DNA of 64,000 nucleotides from the NCBI GenBank assembly GCA_965240325.2, contig OZ251229.1:1240001-1304000 (forward strand), read 5' to 3'. The stretch comes from Rebecca billardiae RCC1528. Lineage: Eukaryota; Protista; Haptophyta. Positions 36,701-49,163 of this stretch are shown in pieces. The position numbers and the translations under genes are program-made. Position 1 is the first letter of the stretch. Each line of letters starts with the position of its first letter. Under the pieces are notes generated by a model that saw only the letters and a list, made by a program, of their open reading frames with translations, did no database searches and was not told where the DNA came from.

Positions 36701-38620
36701 TCACACCTTGCTGATCGGAGCAGACAGTGCGTCCGTCGAGGTGACCGTCGGCGGAGTACTCGGAGTAGGTGGAGCCAGAGTGCTCGTAGGTGGCGGCGGA
36801 GCAGTCGACGGGCTCGGCCTCATGGCGCTCATCAACGGCATAGCCAAAGCACTTGCTGTCCGCGTCAGCCCCCTGCCCCTGTTCAACAATGATGACATGC
36901 GGCGCTCGCCGCCGCCGCGGCCGCTGAGCATGTTGAGCTCGGCAACAACCGTGCCGCGGGCTTCCTTGGCAAGTGCAACGACATGATCGTCGGCGAGTGT
37001 CTCCGACTCAAGCTGTGTCCAGCATGCGCCCATCATGCTCTTGAAGTACTCGGACTGTGGGAAGTCCACAGCATCATGCCCAAACGGGTTGGAGAGAAGC
37101 GCTGCCGGTGTCCAAGTGCGTTGCGCGATTGTTGATGAGGGATGAGGGGGGCGCATCGCGTGATGCGTCGCGCGCTGTCGGTCAGTCTGGTCCGCGTCCC
37201 GCGTCCCGCACCGCGCACCGCGCACCGCGCACCGCGCACCGCGCACCGCGCACGGCGCGCACTGTGGAGGGACAAGCAGGCCTGGTAGAAGGTGCTCCAG
37301 AGCACTACCTGGCAGATAGCGACGCCGATCGTGAGCCACTCGCCTAGCTCCCGCGCAACTGCGATTCTCGACGACGCCTCCAACGCGGCCGCATACATGG
37401 TGAACTTGACGATGAGAGTGATGAAGGCAACATATGGTAGCGGCTGCTGCACACCTACATACCTGTTGTCAGAATGCGGAGCGGAGCGGCCAAACAAGGC
37501 GGGGCGGATGGTGCACGCGTGAGTGAGCGTGGCCGCACAGGGCGAGTATTTGTTGGCTCGCGATCGCCGCCGCGTGTGCGCGCACGTGTGTGCGTCGCCA
37601 ACCGTGCCGCGCAGCTTGAAGATCTGCCCGTAAAGGTGCTCGAGCTCGAAGTGATGCGCGTTCCAGCGCCCACCTGTCTTCTCGACTGCGGCGTGGAAGT
37701 GCGAGAGCAGCCATCCCGCCACCGACTGCGCCTTGCGCGGCAGCGACTCGAGGATGACGCGCTCGTTGGGCATCAGCAGCCCAACGTCGATGTAGGTCTG
37801 GAGGTAGTCAGCCTCGGCATCGGCACGCGCCTCGGAGAAAGTGAGCATGAATGTCAGCAGAAGCCAGCGCATAACCCTGCTGGGCAGTGGGCGCAATGCG
37901 GGAAGGAGGGCGCCCGTGGCAGCGCGTGGTGCTCACTCAGTCGGCGCAGAACAACGGCATCATGGTGCTGGTGAAGAAAATCTGCAAACAGCAAACAACG
38001 CACGCAGCGCTCAGCGCAACAAAATACACGGAACGGAAGCAAGCGACACAGGCAGACAGACAGGCAGACAGGCCGCGCAGACGAGCACGTGCCGTCTACG
38101 CATCGCTTGCGAGTGGTCGTCGGTGCCAGCAAAGATGTGGCCAGCCAGCGTGGATATGTTGGCCACCGCGCCGTACATGTCGCCCACTACTTTCAGCCGG
38201 AGCGTGGTCCAGCGCGACAGCACGAGGCTCACGAAGAGGCCGAGGAAGAACGCAGAGAGCCGATGCAGGTCACCGACAGCGGTTGCAAGCTCCTCGTTGA
38301 GGTGGAGCATGTCCTCGAGGGTGAAGAATGGAGCCTGGAAGAGGGCTTCCCCGATGGCGTAGGCGAGCGTGACAAGGGCACACACCTGCAACAGCAAGAA
38401 CGGCTCCTCCAGCAAAGATGAAAGAGCCGCGCATGATGCGCAAGTAGCCAAGCTTGTGCACGCGGCCAATGTCGTACTTGACCACCTGCCGGCTCGACGA
38501 GAACAGGATGATATCTTTCTCCTCTCCGCCGCACAAGCCGCGCGTCTCGTCCCAGCACGTGCCATGGCTCTTGCCCAGCTTCTTCTCGGCGGCCTGGTGG
38601 CCGGCAGGGAGCGACGACAT
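36701..38620 (-). CDS. Bestrophin-family anion channel (multi-exon; apparent frameshift near 38410)
   Basis: FFLGLFVSLVLSRW, GLLMPNE, QPLPYV and LSNPFGHDAVDFP, spread over ORFs separated by intron-like segments. Confidence 0.75.
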
Positions 38621-39023
38621 CTTTGATGAGCTGGAAGGTATCGCGGACGGATTCACGTCAGGCGACCGGATCGGCAGATGGATTCTGTGCCAGATGCACG
38701 GCGGCTTTTGGATCTACGAAACTGTGATCTGGAGTCTCAATCGGAATCCGTAGATCAGAACAGGGGCGTTGCGCCAGCTGGACAAATAACACGGTTCCGG
38801 TCTGGTTTGAGGTTGGGTGAGGTGGTGGTTGGTTGGGGGCTGGCCAGGGTAGGGCTGGAGGCTTCGGCCGCCAGTCTGATCCCCCGGAGCCCGTTATAAA
38901 GGGGAATTTACACCCAACCTCAAACCACTATGAGGCTCCCCAGCGTGAAGTTGAAAGTCGTGCCTTTGTTCTCGTGGGTTTCCAGTATTGATTCCGATCT
39001 ACAGATCCTCATCGATACCAGTA

Positions 39024-39644
39024 TGGAGCGCTCGTTGGAAGTTGGAACTTGAGCGGGGGTGGAACTTGACACCGCATTTCCCAGCGAAGTGCCCGATCTC
39101 GGCGGGGCTGGCACGGTCGGCACACGCTCCTGAGCGCTCGCTTCGCGGTGCGGCAGGCCTTGCGCAGCCCAGACAGACATGCCGCGACCGAATTACCGGG
39201 CCATGCGCGCACCACACCCGCGCTACATGGCCTGCGCGCTGGACGACTGAGAGGCAACGCCGAACCACTGCATTCCACTGCCCCGCATGCACCCCGAGTC
39301 ACCTTCAGAGGGCGTCGACGAGCGCAGAGCGGGTGCGGGTGGGAGTTCGACCAACTCGTGTACCTTCTTGCAAGCACCAGCGGCGAGGTCGCAAGCCGAT
39401 TAGCCGAACCTTGACCAGCCGTGGACTTGAGCTGGTCGGCAGCAAAACCACCGTTTAACCCGGATCAAGTTAGCAGCGTGCGAGGAGGAGGCGCGGTGCG
39501 CGTCTGCGGCTGGCGAGAGGCGTCCGGACCGTGCCGTTCTCGGCCGCGCCCGCGCGCTTCCCGCCGCCGCCGGCCCCGTGTACGCCCGTCGTCGCCCTCG
39601 CCGCGCGGGCGCCAAACCGGCGTCAAGTTCCAACGAACGCTCCA
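39024..39644. mobile_element. TIR element (621 bp), TG...CA ends, flanked by TA
   Basis: TGGAGCGCTCGTTGGAA...CTTGA / TCAAGTTCCAACGAACGCTCCA; TA at 39022-39023 and 39645-39646. Confidence 0.75.
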
Positions 39645-39646
39645 TA

Positions 39647-41872
39647 CCACTCCAGACCCCTCATTGGGAACGGGAACGCCACCCCTCATTGGGAACGGGA
39701 ATGGGCATGACGCCCCCGCTCGGGATCGCGAGCGCCAGCACCATCGGGCGGCGCGCGGCCCCCCGAGGGCCTCTGCGCCAGCGTCGCGGCGCAGCACGTC
39801 GGCGCCCCGGACTCCCCGGGGTCGTCCCTACGCGCGGCCCTCCCGGTCCGACCCCGCTGCCTCCTATTCTGCGCGCGTCGGCGCGGGCGGCACGGGCCGT
39901 CGATCGGGCACCGGGTCTGCCGCGTTGAAGAAGTTCGTCGAGGCCAAACCGTCGCCCAAGGCGCCTTCAGTGAAGGACGTGTTGGACAAGGTGGCCAAGA
40001 AGTCGGACACGAGCGCCGAGCCTCGCACGCGCGACCAGAAGAGGCCCACGCGCGAGCTGCGTCGCGGCGAATTCGAGGGGGTGAGCTGCAAGTACGCTGT
40101 ACGGGTTGGGCACGTTCGCGCGCGCGGGCGGTGTTGCCCAGTGACTGAGATGACACGAGGGCGGCGAGCGCGCGTGGCCGGGCAGCCATGGGCGCGCGCG
40201 CGGATGAAGAACCGACCTTCGGGATCTCGCGGTCCGCATACTGCCGCCGCTCTTGCTGCAGCAGGGAGCGCAGGATGCGGTTGACGTGCTGGATCGGGCC
40301 GCCGGTCTGGTCCATCTGCTGCAGCACGGCAGGAGGTCTGCAACACGGCAAGATCGGACGGCAACCTCATGCGTGCGCGAGTCGGCTGTCGTCCGACTCG
40401 TCGAGATGGCAGTGGCCGTGTCACACAAGCCGAGTATCATGACGCACGCGACGACGAAGGTGGGCTGGCACGAGGAGCGGTTCACGGGCAAGCTCAAGTG
40501 CAACCCGATGCAGTCTCAGATGGACAAGCCCGTCTTCTCCGAGCACATCCGCGCGCAGCTCGACGCGGCGGCCGCGGGCGCGCCCGCGGCGGCGCCCGCG
40601 GCAGCGGGCACGCCGGTGACCGCGACTGTGGCCGCAGATCCGACCGCGCCGCAGCTGCAGCAGCGCAACGCGCGCGCGGCTGACGCATTGCTGCATCGCG
40701 ACGACGGCGTCGCGCGGATGGCAGCGAACGTGTTCACCTCGCTGCTCAACACGTCGGCGGTAGCTGCGGATGACGACGACGCGGACGACGCGAACGGCCA
40801 GGACTGGCCTCGGCGTACGCCGCAGCGGGCCTCATCGCGACGCGCGACACCGTACATCCGTGGGCCTACACCCGTACCAGTCTCAACTCACTGCTCATGG
40901 GGATCGTCCCTTCCGAATGACGCGCACGGATCATATATATACTGCTACCGTAATCATCGCAGAGGCGTGCGCCTCTGCGCTGCGGCGGCGGCACGACGCG
41001 CCAGTGATGCTGATCGATTCGGCGGATGTGATGATTCGGGACACACGAGTGAGAGTTCCGGATCGGCCGGCTCAGCTCGGCAGCACTGTGTGATGATGAT
41101 GGCTGACAAGTCACTGACGATCGATGATGATGATAACCACTGCGCTAAACCATATACATACGCTGATGTTGCTCGCGCACCGGGCGTGTACTAGTAGCAC
41201 ACTGTAGGCCGGCACGGCACGGCCGCGTCTAGGTCCGAGAGCAGTCCATCATGGGAGTACGCGCACCAGATCCGGAGCCGACCGTAATGATACTCGGACT
41301 TGGGGGCTCTCATCAGACGGCGCGGGGCGCCGACCAGCGGCGATGCCAAAGTCAAGCCAGTGGGTTGAAGACTGCACCGACGTCGTCTGGAGAGCAGCGC
41401 GATCTCGCGTGTCAAACACGAGCACGACGACGCAGCCGACCGCTTCATCCGCTTGCTGCCAAGCGCGCGCCGGGTGACACCACTGCGTTGCGAGATGCAG
41501 AGGCATGCCCACATCTCGCGTTTGGGAAGAGTTCTACACCCCCCATTGGCCATGCCCTCACCTCGAGCGGTCCCACGCAGTGAACCGCTCCTCAAACCTG
41601 TGCAACGCTGTCGGCCGCAGTGTGGTGCTCACAGTGCGCGCGCGTGCACGAGCGTTCCCAATGAGGGGTCAGCACTGGCGGACACCTGCCAAACCTGCCC
41701 TCGGTCAAGAGCACGGCGCTCTCCAACGGGACATCCGGCGGCGGCGAGACCGGTATTGCCGTGTCGAGCACGACGAGGAGAACACGTCCATGCGTCGGGA
41801 TGCGGCCATCGAGCCACCTTTGCCCGCGCCCACCCGTCGAGTTATCCGTTCCCAATGAGGGGTCTGGAGTGG
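39647..41872. mobile_element. TA-flanked TIR element (2.2 kb; Tc1/mariner-type TSD) carrying gene-like fragments
   Basis: Perfect 27-bp TIR CCACTCCAGACCCCTCATTGGGAACGG / CCGTTCCCAATGAGGGGTCTGGAGTGG; TA at 39645-39646 and 41873-41874; extra subterminal CCCCTCATTGGGAACG copies near 39683 and 41654. Confidence 0.85.
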
Positions 41873-41979
41873 TATCCCGTGCCGGCCCGGGCGGCGGCGG
41901 CCGGCCGCCGGCGGCGGCATTGCGCGGGGAATTCGGCAGGCGCGTCCGTCATCACCACGCTTGCCTCTCCCTTGCGACC

Positions 41980-43038
41980 ATGCTGACGAAGCGGCACGTG
42001 GGCGGGGTACTCGCCAGCCTGCTGGGCGTCGCGCTCGTGGCGACGCTCGGCGTCGTCACCCTGGCACCTCGCACGCCGCACGTCAACGTCGTCGCGCGCG
42101 GCTCGCGCGCCGTCGCAGACGCCACGGCGAGGGTGCTGCGCGCGGTGCCGCGCGTGCACGGCCACTCGATCGAGAAGGGGGGCGACGAAGCGAAGGACAG
42201 GGCGATGTTCGCGAAGCACGACACCGACGGCGACGGCGTGCTCTCGCTCGCCGAGTTCTCCCTGGAGGCAAAGTCGCAGAACGTCTTCAAGGGAAGCCAG
42301 GTGGAGATGGCGCGCTTCTTCGCCTTCCTCGACGTGGACGGGGACAGGAAGCTCACGTTCGACGAGTACAACGGGGATCCGCCGCCCGAGGCGATCCCGT
42401 GGTACGCAGCCTCGGCGGTCCGCAACTTTGACGCCGACGGCGACGGTATGCTCGACGCCACGGTGCGCGCATGCGCGCGCGCGCGCGCGCGCCGTGTGCG
42501 CGCTGCAGCCCGCGCGCTCGGCGCTCATCAACCACTGCCACGCACGGCCGCGCGCGCGCGCGGCGCGTAGGAGCTCCACGCGCACATCGTGGCCATGCTG
42601 GACGAGGGCGACACGGCACCGCCGCCCCCCGCGGTGAGCGCCATGCTCCGCTCTGCCGACGGCGACGGCGACGAGAAGCTCAGCGCTGGCGAGTGGGCGT
42701 GCTTCCTGCACGCCGTCGTCCCCACGGCTCCCAACGACTCGGGCGCCGCCGGCGTCTCGACCGGCAAGATGTACGACCTGGACGGCGATGGGTACGTCGA
42801 CCCAAGCGAGATGCAGAAGATGATGGCGGTGTACGGCGACGGCTCCGCCGGCTCGACCAGCCTACCGCACCTCAAGCTCTTCCTCTGCCAGATCGACGAG
42901 ATCCCGCCCATCGACTTCAAGGTGCCGACCGAGCTGATGGACGCCCGCTCCGGCGGCAAGTACCAGGCTTCGGAGGAGCAGGTGCGCCTCTGCATGGCCG
43001 CGCTCCTGCCGGCCGAGCGGGCGGCCATCCTGGCGTAG
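41980..43038 (+). CDS. Signal-anchored multi-EF-hand calcium-binding protein (intron 42463-42570)
   Basis: N-terminal TM segment; five loops DTDGDGVLSLAE, DVDGDRKLTFDE, DADGDGMLDATE, DGDGDEKLSAGE, DLDGDGYVDPSE. Confidence 0.85.
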
Positions 43039-44403
43039 AGCGCATGCCGCGCCGCCCCCGCCGACCATCTCGACTCATCGACATCGTCGCGACGTCAGCG
43101 CAGGCTCGAGCCGTGCCAGCGCGCTGCTCTCATCATCAGGCACATGAGCACCTCATTGTGGCGGCTATCGTCCTCACGAGGTCGAGTTGCTGCCACAACC
43201 AGAACCAGCGCGCGGCTCCGGCCGGCTTGCACTTTGCATCGTCATCATTCTGGCATCGCATCCGTTCGAGAGGCGCCTGCGGGCTTGGCGACTCGTGTCT
43301 CGTGGCGAGTCACCGGACTCGGGACTGATATGGCGTGAATCGTAACGACGACAATCGACACCGTCGACGCGCGATTCGATCTTCATCACTCATCTGGCAT
43401 GGCCTCCGAATCGGCCGAATTCCGTCGGCTGACCCGCTGACCGGACGACTGAATAAATATATATACTATGCCATCGTGGCGGCCGGCGTCGCGGCGGCAT
43501 CAATCGCATATATATATTATTTTAATTATAATTAAACAGCATCATGCTGCATGATGCATCGTCAGTCAGACATCACTAGCTACTCACGGCTATTTACACT
43601 CGGTTGTCATCAACATCAATGAAAATTGACGATATTGATGACACTGATGACGACGACAGTGACGATCGAATATATATATATATATATATATACTTAATAA
43701 AATATAATACAGTCGTAACTCGTATATCGGGCGTCAGTGCTGTCCGAGTAGCTAGCTAGTAGCTAGCTAGGCGTCGCGTGATTGATGAATGTCAGAATGA
43801 AGTGATGACGAATACGACGATGCATCGTCCTGTAACGACTACTTTAGTGCTGCGCTATACATCGTCATCATCGAATTATTGATGATGATCGATCCCGCCG
43901 GCATATAATAGTTAGCTCATCATGCCGGACTCGCAGCCTTAATTAACAGCGACACGCGGCACCGGCCCGGCTGCATGACTGAATCGTAGTCGTAGCAGGA
44001 GCCTATAGGAACAGTAGGAAGCCGCCCGGAGGCCCCGCCGACGCCATGCGGCCCGCAGTAGCTAATTATCAATTATTTATGACGGCCAAACGCCAGCAAA
44101 CGGGAGCGCGTCTCCGATCCGACTCATCACTCTCACTAGCAGCAGTCTCAGTCGTACTGTTAATCATTATAACCGCCCGGTGACCGTGTCGTTACTAGTG
44201 ACGTTAGTGATGACTGTGACGACGATAACTCAGGACTGCGTTGCTATATATATACATATACATACTGTAAATGTCTGGCGGGAGGCTCCGATGGTCTCTG
44301 ACACTGCGTGCCCTGCTGGCTGCTCTACTCGGGGCCCGGGCCGGGCCCGGTACTACGCCCTTAGCTCGCGGACGTACTGTATAGCGCTATATATATATAT
44401 ATA

Positions 44404-44503
44404 TGTTGGAGGGGTTCAAGAGCCCGAAACGACTGAGCTAAATCGATTCGCGCGAACCGATTTAAATAGCTCAGTCGTTTCGGGCTCTTGAACCCCTCCA
44501 ACA
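44404..44503. mobile_element. 100-bp palindromic micro-MITE (TGT...ACA) inside a (TA)n tract
   Basis: Perfect 37-bp TIRs at 44404-44440 and 44467-44503; the centre is also nearly self-complementary; TA repeats on both sides. Confidence 0.85.
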
Positions 44504-44552
<49 letters not shown>

Positions 44553-45022
44553 ATAACTATTCTGAGTGACCCGGTACCGCGCCACGGGCCGCACGGTGCT
44601 CGGCACTCTGCAGCGCCCCGATGCCGATGGCCCGGATCGGTGCTCGGCACTCTGCAGCGCCCCGATGCCGATCATCCGCGGCCACTAGATGGCCGATCCG
44701 CGCTGCGGACGAAGTGGACGACGACGACTTCGAGTGGTGCGGCACAGTAGTGGTGCCTACATCGCGTGAAACTAATACTAGCTGCTAGTAGTTAGTAGTA
44801 CATACGGTCAGTAGCGCCAGGCCCTGAGAGGCCGCCGGCCGAGCCAACATCCGGCGGCGGCGGGGCCCGACCGCGACAGTGGCAGTGGCAATCGCATGCC
44901 TGCACTACTAGAAGACAGTAGAAGTAGTTAACCTGTCGGCCGGTCCCTGAGCCGGTACTGAACCCGACCGAGGAGTCGCAGGACGATGGGAGTCAGGCCC
45001 ATCCGCGAGCTCGCGCGCGCCG

Positions 45023-48000
45023 CTACAGGTCGTTCATCTCGTCCGGCCGCGCGTGCGGGTTGATGATGCCGGGCACGGCCTCTTGCCTCTTCTGCACCTC
45101 GGCCGCCTGTGCCGGCGGCGCGCGGGCGCGCGCGAGCCGGGGGGCGGCGGAGGGGGGCGCGCTCGTGAGCCGCCGCGGTAGTGCGGAGCGAGCACGGCGG
45201 CGCGGCGGCGCGCGCGCGCACTTTCCGCGCCAGCTCCGCCTCGCGCTCCTCCGTGAAGAGGTCCTCGCCGCTGCCAAACTCCTTGAGCGACACGAGGAAG
45301 TCGCGCAGGTGCTGCTTGAACGCGGCGATGTCGCGGCAGCTGTCAAAGAGGTGGTCCACCATGTGCCGCGTCGCCGAGGGCGTCAGGTTGGGGAAGGACG
45401 AGACGAACATCGAGGTGAGCAGCTCGCGCAGGTAGCTCGAGTTGTCGGTCGCCTGCACCGTCGCGGGGTCCCACAGCGGCGCTGCTCGCGCGGGCGCGCG
45501 CGGACGGCGGGTCAGGCGGGCGCGCGCGCGGCGGCGGACAGCGCGCGCCGCGCGCCGCGCGCCGCTCGCTCACCGGTGATGGCCTTCGTCTCGACGAGCA
45601 TGAACATGTGCGCGAGGATCTGCGCCTGCAGCTTGAAGCCCGGGCTGTGCAGCGTGTCCGTCAGCACGGAGAAGATGTCCTGCAGCAGCCCGAGGTAGTA
45701 CTGCTGGTGGAACGCGGTCGCCACCTGCGCGACCGACCGGACCGGGCGCGCGGCGCGGCGCGGCGCGTCAGCCGCCGGCGGGCACGCCGCGCGCGCGCAC
45801 GCACCGCGCGCGCGCCGCGCACCTGGCTCATCGCGACGTTGTTGAAGAGCTCGAGCAGCGTGTTGAGCCCCGTCTCGGCGATGTTGCGCTCGGTGTGCTT
45901 GAACGCCCACTTGATCGACTCGATGATCAGCGCGAAGTTCTCCGACGAGTTGAGCAGCGCGGGGAAGCAGTGCTGGTTGATGGCGCGCAGCAGGTGGAAC
46001 AGGTTGGTGCGGTGCTCGGGGAAGTCCTCGAAGTTCTTGGTGATCATGTCGAGCGTCGACTTGAAGACCGCCTCGAAGACGCGCGGCACCTCCGCCGTCA
46101 TCTGCGCCTGCAGCTTGTTGATCAGCGACGAGAAGAGCGAGAGCACCTCGGGGTCGCGCGCCTCGGGGATGTTGCGCACGTAGTCGCCGAGCACCGGGTC
46201 GAGCAGCGGCGGCACAAAGCGCGTCAGGATCGTGTCGGGCTCCTCGGAGCGCTCGATGTACGACTCGAGCAGCCGGAGCGACTCGCGCTTGACCGCGCGC
46301 ATCCCGCGCACCGCCGCCGTCGAGGTGGCGTACTGCCCGCCCGACGCCACCGCGCTGTTGATCATCTCCGAGTAGGCCTTGTACACGTTGAGCAGGTCGA
46401 TGTACAGCCGGCCGAGCTGCGACATGAACGGGTGGCCGAGCGCGACGACGACGCGCTCGTTGGTCTTGATGATGTTGACGAGGTTCTTCATCACCGCCTG
46501 GTCGCGCAGCACCGTGATGTCGTGCCCCGCCTGCGCCATCACGTCCTGCCACGTCTGGTTGGGCAGCTCCATCAGCTTGCCGAGCAGCGCGTCGCGCGCG
46601 GCGCTGTCCGTCTGCGACTGCACCATGTACCCGACCGCCTCGTAGAAGGTGTGCACCTGCGTGGGCTCGAGGTCGGAGATGATCGAGGGGAGGTTGAGGC
46701 ACAGCTCCTCCACGAACGGCATCTGCTCGCCCACCTGCAGCATCGAGAACTTGCGCCGGCACTTCTGCGCGATCTTGACGAACGTGTCGCACGCCATGTC
46801 CTGCACGCCCGGGTGCAGCTCGTGCATGAACTCGAACAGCTTGTTCACGACCGTCTTGAGGAACTTCCAGTGCGCGCGGAGGAAGCGCGGGTACTGGCCG
46901 ACGACGTACATGATGTTCGACGCGATCACCGCCTTGTTGTCCTTCCCGCGCTTCATCTCGCACAGCCCGAGCAGGTCCTTGATCACCGTGACGAGGAAGC
47001 GCTTCTCGTCCTCCTCGTTCATCGCGCCCGAGATCGAGCCGATCGCCCAGCAGAGCGTGTTCAGGTTGTTCCACGACCACTCGGTGCCGTCGACCTGCAG
47101 CGCGAGCTTCTCGAGCATGATCGTCTCCGTGTCGTCCACGTTCAGGTGCGTCAGGTACACCAGCGTCTCGCGCATCGTCTTGTACAGCGTGATCGCGTCC
47201 GAGTCGCGCATCGGCTCTCGGATGATCTCGCCGTTCTCGTCCTCGACGATCAGCACCTCCTCCGGCTTGGCCATGCGCGAGATCATGATGAGGCGCACCT
47301 TGGAGAGGACGGTGGAGTAGAGCTGCCGGCGCATCGAGCCGCCGCCCGCCGCGCCCGCCGCCGCGCCGCCCGAGAGTGGCTGCGCGGGCGCGAGCAGCAG
47401 CGTGGGGTTGACCGCGGGCGTGAGCGAGCACTCGCTCGTGTACAGGTCGGACGCGAGGTGGTTCCAAAACTCGAGGCAGATCTTGAAGACCTGCGCGCGC
47501 GAGAGCGAGCGAGCGAGCGAGCGAGCAAGAGGGCGGGCGTGAGAGGGCGGGCGGGCGCGCGCGGGCGGGCGCCGTCAGCCGCTGCGCTGCCGCGCGCCGC
47601 GCGCCGCGCGCCGCGCGCCGCGCGGCGCTGCGCGCGCGCGCGCTCGCGGCCGCGCGCTCCGCGCTCGCCTCCATGTCGTCGACCTTGGAGATGCCGATCA
47701 GCGTGAGCAGCGCCGCCTCGAGCAGCTTGGGCTGCGCGCTCGCCGTCTTCTCGGCGATGGAGAGGTGCGGGCGCAGGAAGGTGGTGTAGAAGAGCGCGAG
47801 GTTCTGGATGAACCGCGCGTCCTCCTCCGAGCCCGACTCGAACGCGTCGGCGAAGTTGGTGTCGGGCGAGAGCGTCTGCGCGAGCTGCTCGGTCACGCCC
47901 GTGAAGAGAGACTCAAAGTGCGCGTTGTACGCGGCGCCGATGTCGAGCCCGGCGATCTCGGTGAGGCAGGCGAGCGCGTCGGTGCGGAAGAGCGGGACGG

Positions 48001-48754
48001 GGAGGTACTTGAACACCAGCTTCTCGATCATCTTCGTCTCGAAGATGTACCCGAGCGGGATCCAGTTGAGGAAGCGCAGCAGCGTCTGCAGCGTGACGCC
48101 GAGCAGCGACGGCTTCTGCGAGTGCTCCATGATGAAGTCGCACAGCTGGTAGATGAGCGAGAAGTCGGCGTTGAACGACTCCTTGAGGCGCTTGGCCTTG
48201 GCCGAGGTCATCTCGTCGCGCGAGAAGTCGAACACCTCCTCCGAGAGCAGCTTGAGGATCGCCATGTTGTTCTCGCACAGCGTCTCGTTCGCCTTGGACG
48301 CGTTCACAATGTCCGAGATGAACGACGGCCAGTTGTGCGGCCACTCCTGCTTGACGACCTGGACGAGGATGAGGTTGAGCTTGGAGATGAAGAGCTTCTG
48401 CGAGCGCAGCATCGCCTCGTCCGACGAGAGCTTGATCACCAGGTTCACGATGAACGTCTTGATGCCCTCGCACTGCTCGCGCGGCAGCGTGCGCCACCGG
48501 TACTTGATGCACGCGTCGAGGATCTGCAGCGCGTAGAACTTGGTGTGCGGGTTGGTGCCCTGCTCGAGGATGAGGTCGACGCGGAACCAGTTCAGCGCCG
48601 CCGACGCGTCCTCCGAGTTGATGCGCTCCTGCAGCTGCGTGAGCACGCGCTGCGCCGTGTCGCGCTCCGCCGGCGAGCCCGTGTACACCGCGTTCACGCA
48701 CTGGTCGAGCAGCGCCGAGTCGAGCGGCTGCGCGAAGTTGAGCAGGCCGTCCAT
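45023..48754 (-). CDS. XPO1: Exportin-1 (CRM1); introns 47491-47668 (GC-AG), 45725-45822, 45482-45573, 45107-45221
   Basis: KQEWPHNW, LLSEEVFDFS, VFKICLEFWN, MAKPEEVLIVEDENGEI, DLLGLCEMKRGKDNKAVIASNIMYVVGQYPRFLRAHWKFLKTVVNKLFEFMHE, HLRDFLV. Confidence 0.97.
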
Positions 48755-49163
48755 CGCGCTCGCGAGCGAGCCGCCGCGCCGCGCCGGAGCCCGCCGCCGG
48801 AACCCACGCGCGGGCCTCCGCGCCTGTGTGGAGAGCGACGACTCGACTGGCGAGTCGGCCGCCCCGGCAAGCTACTGTCCACTGTTGCTTTGGAAAGAGC
48901 CTGTCTCGAGCTGCCACTGGGTTGTGTTGGCCAGTGCCCAGTCGGCCTTTCGAGGCACCCACCCGCTTTCAGCTTGTTACCCGCCACTCGCATACGGTTT
49001 AGCGCGCGGGCGATCATCGCGACAAGCTGACGATTAGTGACGTGCCCTTTACCCGCCCGAGCAGGGCTGGCGCCAGCCGCCAATGATCAAGACCCAGCCG
49101 CGTCTGGAGAAGGAAGGACCTTGGTCCGGATCGAGCGGCCACTAAATCGCCTCTGCGGGCACA

